A stretch of DNA of 64,000 nucleotides from Candidatus Moraniibacteriota bacterium. GTDB taxonomy: Bacteria > Patescibacteriota > Minisyncoccia > Moranbacterales > UBA11712. Below the pieces are notes generated by a model, which saw only the letters and a list, made by a program, of their open reading frames with translations, was not told where the DNA came from and did no database searches. Of the stretch, positions 8,871-15,458 are shown one piece after another (position 1 is the stretch's first letter; the number at the start of each line of letters is the position of its first letter). A program made the translations under genes and the position numbers. Location of the stretch: NCBI GenBank assembly GCA_030679895.1, contig JAUXSN010000047.1, positions 1,328 to 65,327 of the forward strand, read 5' to 3'.

Positions 8871-8954
8871 TCGGTTTTTATTAAAGCTTATTAACTCCCC
8901 CTGTTTACTTGGGAATGATAGCATACTATCAAAAAATAAGGCAATATGGCAACT

Positions 8955-9029
8955 TGGTAGCCCTACGGGGAATCGAACCCCGGTTAACGGATTGAAAACC
9001 CGCTGTCCTAACCACTAGACGATAGGGCC
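8955..9029 (-). tRNA. tRNA-Glu (TTC)
   Basis: GGCCCTATCGTCTAGTGGTTAGGAC..., anticodon loop TTTTCAA, T-arm CGGGGTTCGATTCCCCG, CCA encoded. Confidence 0.85.
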
Positions 9030-9145
9030 ATGTCAGAAAACAGTCTAACGAGCGTTATGATAATAAATTTTTTCGAATTGGTCAATGTTTTCGCCCGAAA
9101 GTTCCCGCTATTCACAAACTCCCGATAAGAGGTTAAGATAACTTT

Positions 9146-10762
9146 ATGATTGATAATAAACAAAATATGAGCAAACATCCCGAAGTTAATCAGCCCATTG
9201 CTGATTTTATCGCCGATCTAAAGAACAATTTTTCCATCGAAAAAGCCAAGGAAGAAGCGGAAAAAGAAACAAAAGAAGCGGAAGTTGAGGAAGCCGGAGA
9301 CAGCATGGCCAAACTCTACGAGAAAGTCAGAAATCTGATCGAGTATAAGGATGACCATCTTATAAAAAGGACGGCCATTGAACGTATTTTGAAGAGAAAT
9401 TTGATTATTGAATTCCGGCAGCAAAACTTTTCCGATCAGTTCTTGAACGAGCTCGTAATGGCCGGCTATCTGGAAAAAAAAGAAGCTGACAAGAAGCTTA
9501 AGGAAAAAATCAAAAATACCATTGCTAAATATCAAAGGGCCGTCAAGGAAACGGGAAGTTATCGAATGAAAAAATGGCTCACCGCTGTGGCTTCCTGTGA
9601 AATTGAGGCGATTATTTTTCCCAATCCAGCTCGATATGCTCTGACCCGGGCCATGTATCAAACTGTAAAAAAGAGAATTATTATCAAGGGCGGAAATAAA
9701 ATTAAGGAGGGAGATAAAGATATCCAAATTTTTTTATCGGTTCTCCGGTCCCTCTCGAAGCTTGATAAGGCTAATCTGAACTATTCTCTTCTTAAAATAT
9801 TTTTGCCTGATTGGTTCAAGGTCGATCTGACCGAAAAAGAAATCGAAAAATGCATTTTAGAATTCCCCCGACTCGCAAAGTCTTTGCAAAATAAGCTGGA
9901 AAATCCCCTCTCGGCCAAAATCGGCATTACTCTCCGGAAATACGCGGTTTATTTCAATATATTTTACGAAACAGCCCTTTCCAATATTGAAAAAATCGAT
10001 AAAATTCTTGCCAATCCGGAATCCCTTAAATTCACGATCCAGCTGGCGGCGGACGAGGTTTATGACTGGGAGATGAAAAAGTTCAGAAAACGAGTCAAGC
10101 GAAGCCTTATTTTCCTCATTATCACGAAAATAGTGTTGGCGGTAGCCGTGGAATATCCATACGACCTCTATATCAGCGGAGAAACAAATTTCCTTCCGAT
10201 TTATATAAATCTGCTTTTCCCTCCCCTCTATTTGATCATTTTATCGGCCACTATTCGCCGCCCCAGCCAGGAAAATTCAAAGATGATCGCGAAAGGCGCC
10301 GAAGAAATCGTTTACGAAAAGAAGGAAGATCCCATAGCCATAATCAACTTAAAAGAATTAAAAACAGCTTCCGATTGGTCTCTTAACATATTTTTCATCG
10401 TCACCTACGGCGTTTCTTTCGGACTAGCTGTTTGGATCCTGGATATTTTCAAATTCAACTGGCTCGGCATCCTGATATTCCTGTTTCTCTTCAGCGTGGT
10501 GAGCTTCTTCAACGCTTTGGTCCGCCAGCCCGTCCGGGAATTGCTCGTTGCCCGGGAGAAAGAAGGAATGGTCGGCGTAATAATCGACACGCTTTCGATG
10601 CCTTTCGTCAGAATCGGAAAATGGATGTCGGTCAATTTTTCCCGGGTCAATGTTTTCATTTTCTTGTTCGATGTCGTCATTGAAGCCCCTTTCAAAGTGG
10701 TCGTGCGCTTTATCCAGCAATGGGCGGGATTTTTGAGAAAGCAGAAAGATGAAATGATATAG
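9146..10762 (+). CDS. hypothetical protein with acidic coiled-coil N-terminus and C-terminal multi-TM region
   Basis: 538-aa uninterrupted ORF in a compact gene array. No motif recognised by eye. Confidence 0.55.
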   Translation: MIDNKQNMSKHPEVNQPIADFIADLKNNFSIEKAKEEAEKETKEAEVEEAGDSMAKLYEKVRNLIEYKDDHLIKRTAIERILKRNLIIEFRQQNFSDQFLNELVMAGYLEKKEADKKLKEKIKNTIAKYQRAVKETGSYRMKKWLTAVASCEIEAIIFPNPARYALTRAMYQTVKKRIIIKGGNKIKEGDKDIQIFLSVLRSLSKLDKANLNYSLLKIFLPDWFKVDLTEKEIEKCILEFPRLAKSLQNKLENPLSAKIGITLRKYAVYFNIFYETALSNIEKIDKILANPESLKFTIQLAADEVYDWEMKKFRKRVKRSLIFLIITKIVLAVAVEYPYDLYISGETNFLPIYINLLFPPLYLIILSATIRRPSQENSKMIAKGAEEIVYEKKEDPIAIINLKELKTASDWSLNIFFIVTYGVSFGLAVWILDIFKFNWLGILIFLFLFSVVSFFNALVRQPVRELLVAREKEGMVGVIIDTLSMPFVRIGKWMSVNFSRVNVFIFLFDVVIEAPFKVVVRFIQQWAGFLRKQKDEMI

Positions 10763-10779
10763 GGATAATTTGAAATTTA

Positions 10780-12486
10780 ATGAGAAAGTATTTTAAGAAC
10801 ATACCCTGGGAGTACTTTTTGCTCGGCTTAATTATTGTCGTTGCCATCTTCCTGCGCGTCTATCATTTCTCCGACTGGCTTCACTTCGGAATGGATCAGG
10901 CGCGGGACGCGACGCTGGTTTCGGAAGCGGTGCAAAAAGGAGCCGGCCAGCTTCCGCTTCTCGGTCCGCGGGCCGGAGGAACCTTTGTGCGACTCGGACC
11001 GGTTTTTTATTATTTTCAATATCTCTCGGTCAAAATTTCCGGCTCAACCAGTCCGGCGGTTTTTGCCTATCCCGATCTGATATTTTCAATTCTCACCGTT
11101 CCGCTTCTTTTTCTCTTCCTTCGATTTTATTTCAGGAAACTCACGTCTGTCCTCGTAACAGCGCTTTATGCTTTTAATTTCGTCATTATCCAATTTTCCC
11201 GTTTTGCCTGGAATCCCAATTCCATTCCTTTTTGGACGCTTCTTGCTTTCTATTCTCTTTTAAGGCTGACGGAAGAAAAGGAGCAAAAAAAACGATGTTT
11301 ATGGATTTTTTTAGCGGCAATCGGCTGGGTAGTGGCGGGGCAACTTCATTTCGTGGTTTTGGCGGCTATACCGGCGGTGATTTTTCTTTTTTTGCTTTGG
11401 ACGGGAAACTGGCGGAAATTTAGCTGGAAAGAAGGTTTGCTGGCAATCCTCATCATCCTTATCCTGTTTTCTCCGGTGATTCTTTCGGATATCAAGATGA
11501 AAGGAGACAACGTCAAGCAGTTTCTTTGGGCTTTCCAGTATAAACCGCAGGATCATAGCCTTTTTCAAAATATAAAAACTGATATCTTGATGCATGCCAA
11601 CTACTACACACTGATTCTAACCACCTACATCAGTCCGACAGGCAAAGCCTCGCTAGCCGCAGGGATTATACTTGCACTTTGGGGCTTAGGATATCTAAGC
11701 TATGCTTTGCAGAAAGAAAAAAATGAAAAGAGAAAAAATTTTATTAAGCTAATTTATATTTGGGCAGCTGTTTCGTTTCTGATTCTTATTCCCTTTGCAT
11801 TTCAGATCAAGCCGCGCTTTTTATTTTTTGAAATATTCATTCCTTTTATTTTTGTCGGCATGGGCATGGAATGGCTGCTAAAAGAGGAAAAGCATAAAAA
11901 ATTAATTTTATTTGCAACGGCTACTTTGGTATTGGCAGTGATTGCCCTCAACGTTGAAGCAACCCTGGCTTGGTTTAACAAACTGGGAAACGGGGGGAAA
12001 TTCAGCGTCTGGGGCAACCGACCTTCATTTATTCAATACCCCAGGGCCATTACTGTCTCCGATTTCGAACAAGCTGCTGAAGCGGTGAATAACAAATGGC
12101 GGGAAAACCAGGCCAAGCTTTATTTTTACGGCAACCTGGAGCTTCGCAACCCGGTGCTTTACATTCTCGAGAGAAAAAATCCCGAAGTTGATTACGCATA
12201 CATCGGCTACCGAACCAGGGATTTTTCCGGAAGATATTTTTCAATTAGTACGGCTGGGGGCGGACTCGAATCATTGCCGAAACATTATCAGGCGAAGTTT
12301 TATTTGATTGAAAATAAAACTTTTGAAAAACTGGCCATTCAGGAGCTTGAGCTAAAGGAAATCCAGCCTAAAGAAAGCGAGAAAGAAAGCCTAAAAAAGC
12401 CCAGGATTGAATCAGAAACAGAGAAAAATGCTAAAAAGGGACTGAAAAAGGGAGAGAGGGTGTTGTGGGAAGACTTGTTTGAGTAA
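10780..12486 (+). CDS. GT-C fold glycosyltransferase, ArnT/PMT (family 39/83-like) membrane glycosyltransferase
   Basis: 568 aa with about 10 N-terminal TM helices. The RVYHFSDWLHFGMDQARDA motif lies in the first loop (DE/DxD-like signature of ArnT/PMT enzymes). C-terminal soluble domain follows. Confidence 0.75.
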   Translation: MRKYFKNIPWEYFLLGLIIVVAIFLRVYHFSDWLHFGMDQARDATLVSEAVQKGAGQLPLLGPRAGGTFVRLGPVFYYFQYLSVKISGSTSPAVFAYPDLIFSILTVPLLFLFLRFYFRKLTSVLVTALYAFNFVIIQFSRFAWNPNSIPFWTLLAFYSLLRLTEEKEQKKRCLWIFLAAIGWVVAGQLHFVVLAAIPAVIFLFLLWTGNWRKFSWKEGLLAILIILILFSPVILSDIKMKGDNVKQFLWAFQYKPQDHSLFQNIKTDILMHANYYTLILTTYISPTGKASLAAGIILALWGLGYLSYALQKEKNEKRKNFIKLIYIWAAVSFLILIPFAFQIKPRFLFFEIFIPFIFVGMGMEWLLKEEKHKKLILFATATLVLAVIALNVEATLAWFNKLGNGGKFSVWGNRPSFIQYPRAITVSDFEQAAEAVNNKWRENQAKLYFYGNLELRNPVLYILERKNPEVDYAYIGYRTRDFSGRYFSISTAGGGLESLPKHYQAKFYLIENKTFEKLAIQELELKEIQPKESEKESLKKPRIESETEKNAKKGLKKGERVLWEDLFE

Positions 12487-12507
12487 ATTAGAAATTGAAA
12501 AATAGCG

Positions 12508-13266
12508 ATGAAAGACGAAAAAAAATACAAAAGCGAGCCCTTCTTCATGAATGGTAATAATGGGATTGGCATTTTATTGTTCCATGGCTGGTCTTCTCCG
12601 CCTGATGAATTTTTGTCGCTCGCGAAATATCTCAATTCTTTCGGCTACACTGTTTCTGCCCCCCTACTCGCCGGACACGGGACAAAGCCGGAAGATCTTC
12701 TAGGCGTGACTTGGCAGGAGTGGATGCAAGATTCCCAAAAATATCTTGGCGATCTGAAGAAGCAAACACCTCGAATTTTTGTCGGAGGGATTTCGATGGG
12801 AGGAAATTTGGCGATGCTTCTGGCTGAAGATGAAAATGTCGCGGGAGTGATCACTATGGGCGCTTCAGTCAAATTTCACTTTCAAGTTTTGGTGAAAATA
12901 GGCCTTTTTTTTATGGGACTGACAAAAACCTACAGGAAGAAATACTATCCCCCGTGGGTGAGAAAAAAAATGGGCAAGCACGATGTTTATCCCTATTATC
13001 CCGTCAAGAGCGCCAAGGAAGTCGTGAAGCTCGCAGAATACACGCAAAACAATCTTTCAAAAATCAGAAAGCCCATACTCATTATGCAGTCGACCACCGA
13101 CCACCTGGTTTCCCACAAATCGCCAAAGATGATTTATGACGGCGTCAATTCCGAAGTAAAAAATATTTTTTGGGCGGAGAAAGCCTATCATGTTTTTATA
13201 AACGGCGAGGGAAAGGAAAAAGCGTTTGAAAAGATAAGAGAATTTATTTCGCGGATTATTTCCTAA
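12508..13266 (+). CDS. alpha/beta-hydrolase, carboxylesterase-like
   Basis: ILLFHGWSSPPDEF, nucleophile elbow GISMGG, and a C-terminal His region. 252 aa. Confidence 0.75.
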   Translation: MKDEKKYKSEPFFMNGNNGIGILLFHGWSSPPDEFLSLAKYLNSFGYTVSAPLLAGHGTKPEDLLGVTWQEWMQDSQKYLGDLKKQTPRIFVGGISMGGNLAMLLAEDENVAGVITMGASVKFHFQVLVKIGLFFMGLTKTYRKKYYPPWVRKKMGKHDVYPYYPVKSAKEVVKLAEYTQNNLSKIRKPILIMQSTTDHLVSHKSPKMIYDGVNSEVKNIFWAEKAYHVFINGEGKEKAFEKIREFISRIIS

Positions 13267-13308
13267 CATTCAATGTTAGGAGCACCTAACATTCAATGTT
13301 AGGGTGCT
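13262..13308. repeat. two tandem 19-bp perfect palindromes CCTAACATTCAATGTTAGG (13262-13280, 13285-13303) nested in AGCAC...GTGCT
   Basis: Exact palindromes. They overlap the esterase stop (TAA at 13264-13266) and end 10 nt before the AGGAAA Shine-Dalgarno of the GT4 gene. Confidence 0.9.
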
Positions 13309-13318
13309 AGGAAATACA

Positions 13319-14527
13319 ATGCGCATAGCCATCTTCACTAACAACTATCTTCCAAATCCCTACGGCGTTTCGGGGTCTGTCGAAAGTTTCCGCAAGGAAT
13401 TCGAAAAATTGGGCCATGAGGTTTATGTGTTCGCGCCACATTGGAAGGGATTCATTGATGAATGGAAGCTAAACTTCCACGATGGAAGTTTAGCTTCCAA
13501 GAGCCCTCGTGTTTTTCGTTACCCTTCCTTTGAAACAAATGTGAAAATAAGGTTTCCTTTGGCAATCCCCTATTCCGGGAAAATTGATAAAATTTTAGAA
13601 GATTTGGATCTGGATATCATTCATTCCCAACATCCGAATCTTCTCGGAAGCGCCGCGATGAAGTGGGCAAAGAAAAAAAATATTCCCCTCGTCTTCACTT
13701 GGCACACGCTTTATGACCAATACGCGCATTTCGCGCCTTTTGTCCCGCGGCGCATCGCCGCATGGTGGACGATCCGCAACGCGAGAATTTACGCCAACCG
13801 GTGCGACGCGGTAATCACGCCCACGCCGTCAGTGATCGAAATAATCAGAAAATGGGGCGTAACAAATAAAAATATCACGGCTATTCCGACGGGGGTGGAG
13901 GAAAATCAATTCGCCGATCCCGATCGGAAAAGCATAAGGGAAAAATATAATATCCAGAATAAAGAAGTTCTCTTAATCTTATTTTCACGGCTGACGGCAG
14001 AAAAAAATGTCGAGTTTCTTCTCGGCTACGTGATTGAAATTTTGAAAAATAATCCAAAGGCAAAATTTTTGATCTGCGGCGAAGGAGATCTGCGAAAAAA
14101 ACTGGAAGAGCAAGCTTCGAAAAGCGCCGCGGCAGAAAAAATATTTTTCGCCGGTTTGGTTCCGGATGATATCAAGAAAAATTATTTTTCTGCCGGGGAT
14201 ATTTTTGTTTACGCCTCAAAATCGGAAACGCAGGGAATGAGTCTCACCGAGGCGATGTACACTAGTCTTCCGATTGTCGCGGTTCGGGCAACCGGAGTGC
14301 AAGATATTGTCGAAGACGGCAGAACGGGATTTTTGGTTTCGGAGGATAAAAATGAATTTCAAACCGCGGTGGAAAAATTGATTGATAACGAAAGCTTGCG
14401 GAATAAATTCGGCGAGGAAGCGAAGCAGGTGGCAAGAAAAAAATATACTTCTTTAGTTTGCGCAAAAAAAATGCTTGAAGTTTATAATAATGCAATAGAA
14501 ACAAGAAAAGGTACCTTATTAAAATAA
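13319..14527 (+). CDS. glycosyltransferase family 4 (GT-B, group 1)
   Basis: MRIAIFTNNYLPNPYGVSG... GT4 N-domain, C-terminal EGDLRKKLEE...GLVPDD... and the E-x7-E region. Start chosen at the ATG with an AGGAAA SD. The ORF-track start at 13304 is a GTG inside the palindrome. Confidence 0.85.
   Translation: MRIAIFTNNYLPNPYGVSGSVESFRKEFEKLGHEVYVFAPHWKGFIDEWKLNFHDGSLASKSPRVFRYPSFETNVKIRFPLAIPYSGKIDKILEDLDLDIIHSQHPNLLGSAAMKWAKKKNIPLVFTWHTLYDQYAHFAPFVPRRIAAWWTIRNARIYANRCDAVITPTPSVIEIIRKWGVTNKNITAIPTGVEENQFADPDRKSIREKYNIQNKEVLLILFSRLTAEKNVEFLLGYVIEILKNNPKAKFLICGEGDLRKKLEEQASKSAAAEKIFFAGLVPDDIKKNYFSAGDIFVYASKSETQGMSLTEAMYTSLPIVAVRATGVQDIVEDGRTGFLVSEDKNEFQTAVEKLIDNESLRNKFGEEAKQVARKKYTSLVCAKKMLEVYNNAIETRKGTLLK
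13464..13498. repeat. 35-nt palindromic element (family B) in-frame inside the GT4 gene: GGAAGCTAAACTTCC-ACGAT-GGAAGTTTAGCTTCC
   Basis: Two 15-nt hairpin units. Translated as WKLNFHDGSLAS. A close relative sits at 32973-33007. Confidence 0.9.
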
Positions 14528-14550
14528 AATTTACTGCCATATTTTTTTAT

Positions 14551-14630
14551 TGTCATTCCCGCGAACGCGGGAATCTAGTTTCTATGCATAAAAGTTTAAT
14601 TTCTGGATCCCCGCTTTTGCGGGGATGACA
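14551..14630. mobile_element. MITE-like 80-bp element with hairpin-containing terminal inverted repeats (TGTCATTCCCGCGAACGCGGGAAT ... ATCCCCGCTTTTGCGGGGATGACA)
   Basis: Termini TGTCATYCCCGC are inverted copies. Each end is itself a palindrome (ATTCCC-N8-GGGAAT; ATCCCCGC-TTTT-GCGGGGAT). Intergenic between the GT4 gene and mpg. Confidence 0.6.
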
Positions 14631-14647
14631 AAACATAGTCTGAAGAA

Positions 14648-15208
14648 ATGAAAATCCTCCCCCGCAAATTCTATTCCCGCCCTACATTGAAAGTCGCCCA
14701 GGATCTCCTCGGTTGTTTTCTTGTCCGCAAATACCGCGGAAAAATATGGCGCGCCATGATAACCGAAACCGAAGCCTATGTCGGCGAGAAAGATCTGGCC
14801 TGCCACGCTTCAAAAGGAAGAACTCCAAGGACGGAAGTGATGTATGGCGAGCCCGGCCACGCTTACGTCTATATGATTTATGGCATGTATCATTGTCTCA
14901 ACATCGTGACCGAAAAAAAAGATTTCCCCGCCGCGGTTTTGATACGCGCAGTGGAAATTATAGATAATCCCCCTCTCCTTAATAAGGAGAGGGTTGGGGT
15001 GAGGTTAAACGGCCCCGGAAAACTTTGCAAATTTCTGAAAATAGACAGGAAACTCAATAAATGGGATCTGACAAAAAAAGATAAATTATGGCTGGAACAC
15101 CGTGGCTCAAAAATTAAGCTGGATAAGATAAAAAAGTCTAAGCGTATAGGCATTGACTACGCCCAACACTGCCGGGAATCTTTGTGGCGGTTCACTTTAA
15201 ATTCCTAA
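14648..15208 (+). CDS. mpg: DNA-3-methyladenine glycosylase (Mpg/AAG family)
   Basis: ITETEAYVGEKDLACHASKGRTPRTEVMYGEPGHAYVYMIYGMYHCLNIV and NGPGKLCKFL match the Mpg fold signature. 186 aa. Confidence 0.85.
   Translation: MKILPRKFYSRPTLKVAQDLLGCFLVRKYRGKIWRAMITETEAYVGEKDLACHASKGRTPRTEVMYGEPGHAYVYMIYGMYHCLNIVTEKKDFPAAVLIRAVEIIDNPPLLNKERVGVRLNGPGKLCKFLKIDRKLNKWDLTKKDKLWLEHRGSKIKLDKIKKSKRIGIDYAQHCRESLWRFTLNS
14969..15006. repeat. 38-nt palindromic element (family C) in-frame inside mpg: CCCCCTCTCCTT-AAT-AAGGAGAGGG-TTGGGGTGAGGTT
   Basis: Perfect 10-bp hairpin plus a conserved 3' tail. Translated as NPPLLNKERVGVR. Second copy at 29417-29454. Confidence 0.9.
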
Positions 15209-15277
15209 TCAACGAGATTAGGAATGTCGCTTGTATAAAGCAATATTTATCAATTGTTTCACGCAATCTGTCGACCA

Positions 15278-15306
15278 TTGACAGGTTGCTTTTTATATGA
15301 TAAAAT
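15278..15306 (+). promoter_or_regulatory. consensus sigma70-type promoter TTGACA-17 nt-TAAAAT
   Basis: TTGACA at 15278-15283, a 17-nt spacer, TAAAAT at 15301-15306. No plus-strand CDS follows; it points into a structured region ending at a terminator. Confidence 0.5.
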
Positions 15307-15312
15307 AGATAG

Positions 15313-15458
15313 TTGATTTGAAAATCGAGAAATTTTGCGGGAAACTTTCCACCTCGCTCCCCCCTCATCCGAGTTCGCCAGCGCGTTATCGCTGTCTGGC
15401 GAATTCAGATGAGGGAAATTGTGAAAAAAAACAGCGGCTGAAAAGCTACTGTTTTTTT
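15313..15458 (+). ncRNA. candidate small RNA (about 145 nt): promoter, 54-nt extended hairpin (15362-15415), intrinsic terminator
   Basis: Hairpin CCCTCATCCGAGTTCGCCAG-[CGCGTTATCGCTGT]-CTGGCGAATTCAGATGAGGG (about 19 bp), then AAAAAAAACAG-CGGCTGAAAAGCTA-CTGTTTTTTT. Class not recognised. Confidence 0.3.
15424..15458. terminator. bidirectional rho-independent terminator (A8-stem-loop-T7) shared by recG (minus) and the candidate sRNA (plus)
   Basis: AAAAAAAACAGCGGCTGAAAAGCTACTGTTTTTTT. The recG stop codon overlaps the T-run. Confidence 0.8.

Noticed and set aside
13262-13308. Possibility that the tandem palindromes or the other repeat families are a CRISPR array
   Set aside because: Only two units per locus, spacers of 4-5 nt, no cas genes and no repeat-spacer periodicity. 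They are palindromic repeats or operators, not CRISPR.
14551-14578. Homology of the MITE terminus to Neisseria dRS3 (ATTCCC-N8-GGGAAT) implying a neisserial origin
   Set aside because: The match is confined to a 20-bp palindromic architecture. The surrounding genome is low-GC with CPR-like gene content. Short palindromes of this form can arise convergently, so it is noted as resemblance only.
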